Shown: positions 24,696-32,000 of the stretch, in pieces
Layout: every line of letters starts with the position of its first letter
How positions within the stretch are numbered: position 1 is the stretch's first letter
Source: Candidatus Saccharimonadota bacterium
GTDB lineage: Bacteria; Patescibacteriota; Saccharimonadia; Saccharimonadales; Saccharimonadaceae
Reading direction: 5' to 3'
NCBI RefSeq assembly: GCF_025273655.1
Contig: NZ_CP045921.1
Coordinates: 60,001-92,000, forward strand
DNA length: 32,000 nt
The notes under the pieces: generated by a model
The model's database searches: none
What the model was told of the DNA's origin: nothing
Seen by the model: the letters and a program-made list of their open reading frames with translations, nothing else
Translations under genes and position numbers: made by a program

Positions 24696-24720
24696 CGTAG
24701 GTAGACACTACATATGTAGT
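24672..24720. promoter_or_regulatory. two AT-core palindromes resembling tandem NrdR boxes
   Basis: ACCCATATATATAGGGT (24672..24688, inside the promoter spacer) and the perfect palindrome ACTACATATGTAGT (24707..24720). The centres are ~33 bp apart. The consensus as I recall it is acaCwAtATaTwGtgt. Confidence 0.45.
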
Positions 24721-24876
24721 CAGTCAATAAAACACACATTACGCAAGAAGGATATCGTAAGCGCTACGTCGCTATTCTTCGTTGTGTCCAAGTTCAAAAG
24801 AGGTGAGAGACTTATGAGCAAGGCGGGTGGATTATCAATAACATAAAAGACAAGAACGTAGCCAAAGGGGTATAAG

Positions 24877-27282
24877 ATGAACGGAATTCATGTGGTCAAG
24901 CGCGACGGCACTCGCGAACCATTTGACGCCAACAAGATCAATCTGGCTCTGGTCGCGGCAAGTGAGGGTTTGCCGAATCAGATTCAGAAAGTTGTCCAGG
25001 TTGCAAGCGAACTGCAGTTGACGCTGTTCGACGGGATTACGACCGAACAGCTGGATGAGGCAGTAATTCATACGGCGCTACAAAATGTCAAAGATGATCC
25101 AGATTTTGACACGATCGCTGCGCGCCTGCAACTCAAGGTAGATTACAAAAATATCTTGGGGAACTATGAAAACGCCAAAGAGCTCAAGAAGCTCCACGAC
25201 AAAGAGTTTTTGCCGTACTTGCGCCAGGCTGTCAAAGATGGACTCCTTGACGAGCGCATGGCCGATACCAAGTTTTTTGATCACAAGAAGCTTGCAGCTG
25301 CACTTGATCCAGATCGAGACAATCTCATGCGCTACTTAGGTGTTGTGACACGTCGTAATCGCTATAGCCTCCGCAAAAACGGTGTGCGCGTACCACTTGA
25401 GGTGCCGCAATACACTGCTATGCGTATCGCTATGGGCCTCAGCCTCTGCGAAGACGATCCTACGACTGTGGCGCTCGAATTTTACGAATATATCTCCAAG
25501 CTCGACAGTAACCCTGCGGGAAGCACGCGCATCAACGCTGGTGGTTCGTTCCCACAACTGTCCAACTGCTTCCTCTTCGACATCGAAGACGATATGGAGG
25601 CTATCGCTCGTGGTGTCCGCGACACGATGTGGATCGCCAAAGGTACCGGTGGCATCGGTATCGGTATTAGCAAGCTGCGCGCTGCGGGAAGCCCAGTCAA
25701 GACGACCAATACCGAAAGTACCGGTCCGATTCCGTTCATCAAAATGATTGATACGGCGCTGTTCGCCGTAAGTCGCAAGGGCAAGAAACAGGGAGCTGCG
25801 GCCATCTTCATGGAAAACTGGCACCTCAATTTTCCGCAGTTCCTCGATCTCAAGCAAAACTCTGGCGACCCATACCTCCGTACGCGTATTGCTAACACAG
25901 CGGTAGTGCTGAGCGATGAGTTTATGAAGCGAGTAGAAAAAGACCAAGATTGGTACCTGTTTGATCCAGCCGAAACACCAGACCTGGTGGAGCTCTACGG
26001 TAGTGAGTTTAGCGCGCGCTACAAAGAGTACGTCAAACTGGCTGAGAAGGGCGAGCTGCGCGACTTTGCGAAGGTTCCGGCTCAGCAGCAATTCCGCCAG
26101 ATTCTCCAGCAGCTTCAGGCTACCAGCCACCCGTGGCTCACCTGGAAAGACACGCAAAACGTGCGTGCACTCAACAATAATACAGGTACGATTCACCACA
26201 GCAATCTGTGTACCGAGATTACATTGCCGCAAGACAAGGACAATACAGCAGTTTGTAACTTGAGCAGTATCAACTTGAGCGTACATCTCCGCGAAGACAA
26301 GACATGGGATTGGGAGCGCTTAGAGAAAGCGGTCCGTAGCTCTATTCGTCAGCTCGACAATCTCTGCGACCTGACCAATACACCGATTCCACAGGCTATG
26401 AATTCCAACCTGAACAACCGCGCTGTTGGTCTGGGTGTGATGGGCTTTACCGATGTGATCGAGAAGCTTGAATACAGTTATGACTCAGACGAGGCATTTG
26501 ATCTCATGGATCAGTTGCTCGAATTCATTAGTTACCACGCCATCGATGCTAGTGCAGACTTGGCCCGGGAGCGCGGCAGCTATCCAAACTTCAAAGGTAG
26601 CGGTTGGAGCAAAGGCATGTTGCCAATCGATACGCTCGATGTACTCGAAAAAGACCGCAAAGTGAAGGTCAAGATTAGCCGCAAACACCAGCTCGACTGG
26701 GACGGCCTGCGCTCAAAGGTGAAAAAAGGTATGCGCAACGCCACACTCATGGCTATCGCACCGACCGCCAACAACGCACATGTGTCTGGTACGACACCCG
26801 GTATCGATCCACAGTTCGCGCAGATTTTCTCTCGTGCGACACTCAACGGTAAGTTCCTCGAGGTGAATCACAATATGATTCGCAAGCTCAAAGAGCTCAA
26901 CCTGTGGGAAGAGGTAAAAGACGAAGTACTGGCCAACCAAGGCGACATCCAGAATATTGAGGCAATTCCGCAGCATATCAAAGACGTCTACAAGACAAGC
27001 TTCCAACTTAGCCCCTATGCCTTCATCGAAGTAGCGGCTCGGGCGCAGAAATGGGTCGACCAAGCTATCAGCCGCAACATGTATCTCGAGACACGCGACA
27101 TCGATGAGTATGTAAATATTTACTCTGAAGCATGGCGGCGTGGCCTCAAGACGACGTACTATCTGCACGTCAAACCGCGGCATCAGGCAGAGCAGAGCAC
27201 CACAAACGTGAACAAAACAGAAGAAATGGCCAAAAAATCAGGCGGCGCACGCAAAGTCGGATTTGGTTTCGCAAAAGTATAA
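24877..27282 (+). CDS. nrdA: class I ribonucleoside-diphosphate reductase, alpha subunit, with N-terminal ATP-cone
   Basis: ATP-cone VVKRDGTREPFDANKI. Active-site motifs LSNCFLF, SNLCTEITLP, TAVCNLSSINL and radical-path TTYYLH. The C-terminal 40 aa contain no cysteine. Confidence 0.95.
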   Translation: MNGIHVVKRDGTREPFDANKINLALVAASEGLPNQIQKVVQVASELQLTLFDGITTEQLDEAVIHTALQNVKDDPDFDTIAARLQLKVDYKNILGNYENAKELKKLHDKEFLPYLRQAVKDGLLDERMADTKFFDHKKLAAALDPDRDNLMRYLGVVTRRNRYSLRKNGVRVPLEVPQYTAMRIAMGLSLCEDDPTTVALEFYEYISKLDSNPAGSTRINAGGSFPQLSNCFLFDIEDDMEAIARGVRDTMWIAKGTGGIGIGISKLRAAGSPVKTTNTESTGPIPFIKMIDTALFAVSRKGKKQGAAAIFMENWHLNFPQFLDLKQNSGDPYLRTRIANTAVVLSDEFMKRVEKDQDWYLFDPAETPDLVELYGSEFSARYKEYVKLAEKGELRDFAKVPAQQQFRQILQQLQATSHPWLTWKDTQNVRALNNNTGTIHHSNLCTEITLPQDKDNTAVCNLSSINLSVHLREDKTWDWERLEKAVRSSIRQLDNLCDLTNTPIPQAMNSNLNNRAVGLGVMGFTDVIEKLEYSYDSDEAFDLMDQLLEFISYHAIDASADLARERGSYPNFKGSGWSKGMLPIDTLDVLEKDRKVKVKISRKHQLDWDGLRSKVKKGMRNATLMAIAPTANNAHVSGTTPGIDPQFAQIFSRATLNGKFLEVNHNMIRKLKELNLWEEVKDEVLANQGDIQNIEAIPQHIKDVYKTSFQLSPYAFIEVAARAQKWVDQAISRNMYLETRDIDEYVNIYSEAWRRGLKTTYYLHVKPRHQAEQSTTNVNKTEEMAKKSGGARKVGFGFAKV

Positions 27283-27310
27283 GCAAGTAACAAATTAGGG
27301 GGATAACACA

Positions 27311-27487
27311 ATGAACGCAAACGCAATACTCGACGAAAACATGACACTCGAAGAAAAACTAGCAGCTATCGATCAGGCCATGGCGGCACTTGCTGGCCAG
27401 ACCAAACAGGTGACCAACGATGACGGTACCGTCACGAACGTACCGATTGATCCAGCGGATGCAACTATGTGCGTGGGGTGCCAGTAA
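27311..27487 (+). CDS. small protein (58 aa) ending in C-x-x-C-Q; candidate trans-acting RNR redox tail
   Basis: Not in the ORF track (<60 aa). ATG at 27311 with AGGGGGA 8 nt upstream. My translation is MNANAILDENMTLEEKLAAIDQAMAALAGQTKQVTNDDGTVTNVPIDPADATMCVGCQ. The TAA at 27485..27487 is 1 nt before the next ATG. Confidence 0.55.
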   Translation: MNANAILDENMTLEEKLAAIDQAMAALAGQTKQVTNDDGTVTNVPIDPADATMCVGCQ

Positions 27488-27488
27488 G

Positions 27489-27761
27489 ATGGCATTTGGA
27501 GAGACCCGGCTCCAGACGGTGCGCCCAGAAGAAGTGCTACTGGCACCAGATGCATCTGGCCGCCTAGCGCGCGAGATTACCTTTGCAGCCCAGAATCTGG
27601 ACGAGATCGATGCAGCACTGGCAGACCATGTTAATGGAGATATGACTGTGCAGGTTAACGAGCTATTGGATTCTCGACGGCAAATAGCTTGCGAGCAGCA
27701 AGCAGCACGTGCAATTTACGAAGTTATGAACTTTGGCGAATATGAAGAGGAGGTAGCATAA
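27489..27761 (+). CDS. small acidic hypothetical protein (90 aa) between nrdA and nrdB
   Basis: ATG at 27489 (MAFGETRLQTV...), chosen over the track start at 27420, whose extra 23 codons overlap the 58-aa ORF and look non-coding. Its TAA overlaps the nrdB ATG (ATAATG). Confidence 0.5.
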   Translation: MAFGETRLQTVRPEEVLLAPDASGRLAREITFAAQNLDEIDAALADHVNGDMTVQVNELLDSRRQIACEQQAARAIYEVMNFGEYEEEVA

Positions 27762-28750
27762 TGGCAGGCATATTAGGCACAGGTATCCAAGACGGGCTAC
27801 TACTCAAACCAGTTCACTACCAGTGGGCGATGGATCTCTACGATCAGGCGGTGGCCAACACGTGGTTTCCAAACGAAATCCAGCTCGGGCAAGATCTCGC
27901 TGACTGGAAAAAGATGACAGACGAAGAGCGGCATGCGCTCGAGTTCCTCATGAGTTACTTCAACCCAAACGAGCTGCTCGTAAACAAAGCGCTGGCATTT
28001 GGTGTTTACCCGTATGTCAACGCAGCCGAGTGTCACCTGTACCTGGCTAAGCAGATGTGGGAAGAGGCAAACCACTGCATGAGCTTCGAGTATGTGCTTG
28101 AGACATTTCCGATTGATCGCGACAAAGCCTATGCGGCACATGTAGAAGTACCAAGCATGGCAGCCAAAGAAGCGTTTGAGACCAAATATATCAAACGCAT
28201 GACGGAGGAAACGCTCGATATCACTACCACCGAAGGCAAAAAAGACTTCGTGAAGAATCTGATCGCCTACAATATCATTCTCGAAGGTATTTGGTTTTAT
28301 AGTGGCTTCATGGTTGCACTCAGTTTCCGCCAGCGCAACTTGCTACGCAACTTCGGTAGTCTCATGGACTGGATCATCCGCGACGAGAGCTTGCATCTCA
28401 AATTTGGTATCAACTTGATCCTCACTACACTAGAGGAAAACGAAGACCTGCAGACACCAGAGTTTGCCGAAGAGATCAAGCAGATGATCCTCGACGCAGT
28501 AGAGATGGAAGAGCAGTACAACCGTGATCTATTGCCAAAAGGTATCTTGGGGCTCAATGCCGACTATGTGAACCAGTATGTACGTTATCTCACCGATCGT
28601 CGTTTGGAAGAGCTTGGTTTTGGCGCGCACTACAAAGTCAGCAATCCAGCCAAATGGATGGCCGCAGCAAACGACACGCTTGAGCTTGTCAATTTCTTCG
28701 AGAGCACCAATACTAGCTACGAAGTCAACGCGACCAAAGACAAGAAATAA
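27761..28750 (+). CDS. nrdB: ribonucleotide reductase beta subunit with class Ic (R2c-like) signature
   Basis: Ligand motifs NPNE71LLV, E102-A-N-H105, LE175GI and DE209SLH212. F109 (ttc 28085..28087) is at the position of the radical tyrosine (H-x-x-x-Y). The C-terminal tail has Y320. Confidence 0.93.
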   Translation: MAGILGTGIQDGLLLKPVHYQWAMDLYDQAVANTWFPNEIQLGQDLADWKKMTDEERHALEFLMSYFNPNELLVNKALAFGVYPYVNAAECHLYLAKQMWEEANHCMSFEYVLETFPIDRDKAYAAHVEVPSMAAKEAFETKYIKRMTEETLDITTTEGKKDFVKNLIAYNIILEGIWFYSGFMVALSFRQRNLLRNFGSLMDWIIRDESLHLKFGINLILTTLEENEDLQTPEFAEEIKQMILDAVEMEEQYNRDLLPKGILGLNADYVNQYVRYLTDRRLEELGFGAHYKVSNPAKWMAAANDTLELVNFFESTNTSYEVNATKDKK

Positions 28751-28770
28751 CAATTAGGTACATTACAACT

Positions 28771-28802
28771 AGGCGGCGCACGAACGAAGGGTGCCGCCTT
28801 TT
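28771..28802 (+). terminator. rho-independent terminator of the nrd operon
   Basis: AGGCGGC...GCCGCCT stem followed by TTTT, 20 nt after the nrdB stop. Confidence 0.6.
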
Positions 28803-28828
28803 GTATTTTTCGAAAAAAAGGAGCAGCT

Positions 28829-29749
28829 ATGAAACTGACACTCTGCGGGTCGATGTCGTCGCGCGAACTGATGCAGGCGACTAAATCAGACCTAGAACAA
28901 CGTGGCTACCAGGTGGATAACCCGGATTTTGCCGAAGACTCATTGCACGTTGCATTAGAGCAGGACGTGGACAAAAAACGTGGTTTTATCGACCAGCACT
29001 TCGCCAAAATCGACACGTCTGACGCAATTTTGGTCGTCAACGGCGAGAAAAACGGCGTCGCAAACTACATCGGTGGCAACACTCTCATGGAAATGACGTA
29101 TGCGTACGCTCATGGGCTCGAGGTGTTTGTACTAGGTGATGTACCAGACGTGTCGTTTCGTGACGAGATTCGTGGATTGCAGCCGATTCTACTTCGTGGC
29201 GAACTCGATGCTCTGGACGACTACGTGGCATCGTTGCCTCTGCTGTATATGAGTACCGAAAGCCTCATCAAGCACACCGCTGTCAGTCGTGCTATGCGTC
29301 GGGCGGGTATGCCAGTGCGTATTAATGGTAAAAAGGTTGATTCAGGTGTGAGTGAGCAGCCAATGACGATCGAAGAAACCTACGAAGGAGCGATGAATCG
29401 CCACAGTAACCTAAAGAGACTTGGTGTTCAGGCGAGCTACTATGCAACAATCGAGAGTGGACAGCATCCCGCACATGTCAATCATAGCCTGTTTGGCTGT
29501 GATGTGGTGGTCATCGAAAAAGAGGGGAGCAACGCAAAAATTGGTATCGACCTTGACCTTGAATTTCCGCAGGAAATGCTCGATAAAGTCCCAAGTCAGT
29601 ACCCTGATCTGGGCGTGCTCGTTCAGCAAGAATACGGAGCTGTGTCAAAAGACCCGTTTCCATACTTTACAAATGGCCGTGTGACTAGGCAGAAGGTACT
29701 CGAGGATGCTGCTTATAAAGTTGCCGTGCAGCTACCGGAGCTAGCATGA
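28829..29749 (+). CDS. fusion protein: N-terminal nucleoside 2-deoxyribosyltransferase-like domain and C-terminal YjjX-type ITP/XTP pyrophosphatase (DUF84) domain
   Basis: The C-terminal half (VDSGVSEQPMTIEETYEGAMNRHSNLKRL...YYATIESG) is collinear with E. coli YjjX ([29 protein letters not shown]). The N-terminal ~135 aa (LCGSMS...SDAILVVNGEKNGVANYIGGNTLMEMTYAYAHG) resembles NDT-like Rossmann domains. RBS AGGAG. Confidence 0.7.
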   Translation: MKLTLCGSMSSRELMQATKSDLEQRGYQVDNPDFAEDSLHVALEQDVDKKRGFIDQHFAKIDTSDAILVVNGEKNGVANYIGGNTLMEMTYAYAHGLEVFVLGDVPDVSFRDEIRGLQPILLRGELDALDDYVASLPLLYMSTESLIKHTAVSRAMRRAGMPVRINGKKVDSGVSEQPMTIEETYEGAMNRHSNLKRLGVQASYYATIESGQHPAHVNHSLFGCDVVVIEKEGSNAKIGIDLDLEFPQEMLDKVPSQYPDLGVLVQQEYGAVSKDPFPYFTNGRVTRQKVLEDAAYKVAVQLPELA

Positions 29750-30333
29750 AAACTGAGATAGAGGTGAAGTTTTGCCAGGTGGAAGTGGACGGTATGCGAG
29801 TTCGCCTCGCTGCGGCTGGTGCAGTATGTGTGCAGCCCATGCGTCTCATGCGCCGCCGCGTATTCTACCTGGTAGATCGCGCCAAAGATGCGTACCTGCG
29901 TGTGCGTGATGAAGGCGACAAAGTCACCATGACATACAAAGAGTTCGACGGTCAGCAGGGACTCCATAGTGCGCAGGAAATCGAGATCGTCGTGAGCGAT
30001 TTTGATGCTACTATAGAGATGCAGCTACAAGCCGGTCTAGTACCCAAAAGCTACCAAGAAACCCGCCGTGAGACGTGGCATATGTCCGACGGCACAGAGG
30101 TAGTGATAGACGAGTGGCCATGGCTACGGCCATTTATCGAGGTAGAAGGCGAGAGCGAAGAGGCGGTACGAACAGCGGCGGACAGTCTGGGCTTTGACTG
30201 GGGCGACGCGGTGTTTGGTGCTGCTACTGCCGCCTATCGTCAGCAATACACGCACCTGTCGGACGATTTCATCATGGATCAGCTGCCAGAGATTCGGTTT
30301 GATGCGCCAGTGCCGGAGCAACTACAAATATAG
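29746..30333 (+). CDS. CYTH-domain protein (triphosphate tunnel metalloenzyme / class IV adenylate cyclase family)
   Basis: N-terminal EIEVKF signature, RVRDEGDKVTMTYK and later acidic strands. The ATG overlaps the upstream TGA (ATGA). Confidence 0.8.
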   Translation: MKTEIEVKFCQVEVDGMRVRLAAAGAVCVQPMRLMRRRVFYLVDRAKDAYLRVRDEGDKVTMTYKEFDGQQGLHSAQEIEIVVSDFDATIEMQLQAGLVPKSYQETRRETWHMSDGTEVVIDEWPWLRPFIEVEGESEEAVRTAADSLGFDWGDAVFGAATAAYRQQYTHLSDDFIMDQLPEIRFDAPVPEQLQI

Positions 30334-30396
30334 TTTTAATATTTTTCAAAAATATAATTCATGCTACACTAAATCCATAATTATGGAGGGGTGAGT

Positions 30397-32000
30397 GTGA
30401 ACGTACGATTATTTGCCGGTGCCGCAGTGCTGGTTTTGTCTATTGTAGGGGTGGTTCATGCCGATTCATACGCGGTAGAAAATCTGAGATGGGATGACGT
30501 GACGGGCGCAACCGTGACGTCGGGCTTCAGTCTGGAATCCGAGCGAAAGTCATGGCATTTTGGCAATTGCCGCGAAGAGCAAGGCGAAGTAGAGGGCTAC
30601 TCTCCGAGGATATCAACCACACTCTGCGTAGTACGGAGCGCAAACCTTGCTTTTGCATCGTATAGTGACGGAGGTTCACAGCGATACGCCGCCAAGCTGG
30701 CGTCGGATACGGTCTTTCACTTGATCGATAATACATACTTGCCTGCAAATCCCCTCTTGTTGGCAGATGACACGTTTTTGACGTTGAATTTTGCTGCTGG
30801 CCCACCGCAACTTGTAACTATTGGCGCTGTACACACTAAGCTGATAGAAAAACAGATCCAGTCGGGTCCGGATACTTTTCGCAAGGTGTACGCCGTCGAT
30901 GCCTCTCAGGGTGTTACCGTGACCGATGCGAGTGGCCATGCGCTTTTTGCGGGTGCGGTCGCTGTCTCGACAAACGGGCGCTACGCCGCCTCTGCTGTAT
31001 ATGGTAGCGGTATCGTGCGTATTGACTTGCAGACAAAAAAGGCCAAGCTGATCGCAAGCAACAGGGTCAATTCACAGAATCAAAATATCCAACTCGCGAT
31101 TTCTAATGACGGCTCACGTGTTGTCGTGTCCGATCAAGATCTTGGCAAAAGCAGCGTATATATGGTCGGTGACGCGTGTGGCCGCTCTGATTTCTATGCC
31201 AATTCGAAAATTGATCAGCCATGCCCATCGATTGATTTTTCTACTGAACTATCTAACGCAATGGATAAGCGAAGCGCGTATCGTGCGGTCATTGGTGCCG
31301 ATGATACGGTCAACTTCTATTATTGGGATTCGAGTCAGTCGCTCGGCCGCATGGCTATTGTGAAGCCAGATTCGACTAAACTTCGCCTACAGTATTTGGC
31401 ACTAGGGGACTCATATTCGAGTGGTGAAGGTGATACAGAGAAGACGGCATCGGGCGGCAAGTACTACCGTGATTTTACCGACAAAGAAGAGGATACCCTT
31501 GTGAGAACACCACGCGAGAAGTGTCATATTAGTACTAGGTCATACCCGTACTTACTTGCGGCAGATATGGGACTTGGTAGTCCAGCTACGAACTCGACCA
31601 CCAAATGGCAGTCGGTGGCATGCTCGGGCGCGCAAACATATGATATTGCAAATAGTGACAGTGGGTATCTTGGTCAAGGCTGGGGTGGCAAGGACCCGGG
31701 ACGACCAAGGCTGCAAGGCTATGTTGATGCGACACAACTGCAGACCCAGGCACTCAGTGATTTTATACCTGGACGCGTGCAGCAGATTGAGTTCGTGAAG
31801 AAGTATCGGCCGAAGGTGATCACGCTGACAATGGGCGGAAATGATGCAGGATTCGGTGCAATTATGGACGCCTGTGCCAACCTCACTTCGCCAGGAACAT
31901 GTGATTTTGCAACACTCGACAGACGTCAGAAGCTCAAAAATGGCCTGTTGGATATTTATGATGATCTCGTAGAGACTTATTCAACCGTGCGTAATGTTAC
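30397..32000 (+). CDS. secreted protein with C-terminal SGNH/GDSL hydrolase domain, 3' end outside window
   Basis: Not in the ORF track (open-ended). I read it codon by codon from the GTG at 30397 (GGAGGGG 5 nt upstream) to 32000 and saw no stop. Signal peptide VNVRLFAGAAVLVLSIVGVVHA. Block I is LALGDS339YSSGEG, block II ACSGAQ, block III LTMGGNDAGF. Confidence 0.8.
   Translation, partial: MNVRLFAGAAVLVLSIVGVVHADSYAVENLRWDDVTGATVTSGFSLESERKSWHFGNCREEQGEVEGYSPRISTTLCVVRSANLAFASYSDGGSQRYAAKLASDTVFHLIDNTYLPANPLLLADDTFLTLNFAAGPPQLVTIGAVHTKLIEKQIQSGPDTFRKVYAVDASQGVTVTDASGHALFAGAVAVSTNGRYAASAVYGSGIVRIDLQTKKAKLIASNRVNSQNQNIQLAISNDGSRVVVSDQDLGKSSVYMVGDACGRSDFYANSKIDQPCPSIDFSTELSNAMDKRSAYRAVIGADDTVNFYYWDSSQSLGRMAIVKPDSTKLRLQYLALGDSYSSGEGDTEKTASGGKYYRDFTDKEEDTLVRTPREKCHISTRSYPYLLAADMGLGSPATNSTTKWQSVACSGAQTYDIANSDSGYLGQGWGGKDPGRPRLQGYVDATQLQTQALSDFIPGRVQQIEFVKKYRPKVITLTMGGNDAGFGAIMDACANLTSPGTCDFATLDRRQKLKNGLLDIYDDLVETYSTVRNV

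Noticed and set aside
24696-24876. Cobalamin or other riboswitch in the long nrd leader
   Set aside because: No B12-box-like sequence or other riboswitch core that I recognise. Only one modest hairpin and a mini-ORF. Left as an unexplained leader rather than called as an ncRNA.
30527-31798. Track ORFs 30527..30805(-), 30676..30939(-), 31106..31363(+), 31552..31737(-) and 31556..31798(+)
   Set aside because: All lie within the long open-ended + strand ORF that has clear signal-peptide and SGNH motifs. They are shadow frames.
1-32000. CRISPR arrays, rRNA genes, IS elements with terminal inverted repeats
   Set aside because: I found no regularly spaced direct repeats, no rRNA-like conserved blocks and no transposase-like ORFs. 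The only mobile-DNA signature is the tRNA-Arg element.

Overview
About 24 kb of roughly 50%-GC bacterial chromosome, interrupted by a ~8 kb visibly AT-richer integrative element (13469..21444) inserted in the 3' end of a tRNA-Arg gene. Single 60-nt lines I counted by hand gave about 53% GC in groEL and about 37% in the element. The taxon cannot be proven from sequence alone; the compact housekeeping content and the GroEL/RNR style suggest a small-genome, possibly Saccharibacteria/CPR-like organism (low-confidence inference). Host genes left of the element: a truncated SRPBCC-like gene, an arylesterase/haloperoxidase-type alpha/beta hydrolase, an SDR/NmrA-like protein, hchA (Hsp31 glyoxalase/deglycase), a TetR regulator plus a YhgE/ABC-2-like membrane protein, CIRCE-controlled groES-groEL, a GlcNAc-type glycosyltransferase, a bifunctional PGI/PMI, a MacB-type ABC pair and tRNA-Ser(GGA). 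The element is bounded by a 12-bp direct repeat (GGGTGTACCATA). It carries a large serine recombinase, a RepA/AAA_25-type ATPase, a TerS-like HTH protein, an XRE regulator, a PH-like/SHOCT protein coupled to a 4-TM protein, and a tetR plus paired-SMR efflux operon. It has no virion structural genes. Right of the element: a DUF2164 protein, a membrane protein, tRNA-Ser(CGA), a fused membrane/spermidine-synthase-like gene broken by three frameshifts, a class I ribonucleotide reductase operon, a nucleotide-housekeeping pair (NDT-like::YjjX fusion plus CYTH), and an open-ended secreted SGNH hydrolase that is absent from the ORF track. The most interesting signal is in the RNR operon. NrdA has no C-terminal redox-shuttle cysteines. 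Two tightly coupled small ORFs lie between nrdA and nrdB, and the first (58 aa) ends in C-V-G-C-Q. NrdB has the class Ic signature (Glu first ligand, Phe at the radical-Tyr position). Other leads: the recombinase ORF reads across attL into the antisense tRNA; there is a T7-type phage-RNAP promoter look-alike in the element's non-coding region; and a family of tRNA-3' hairpins shares conserved outer arms. All functional calls come from motif recognition by eye; no database search was possible.
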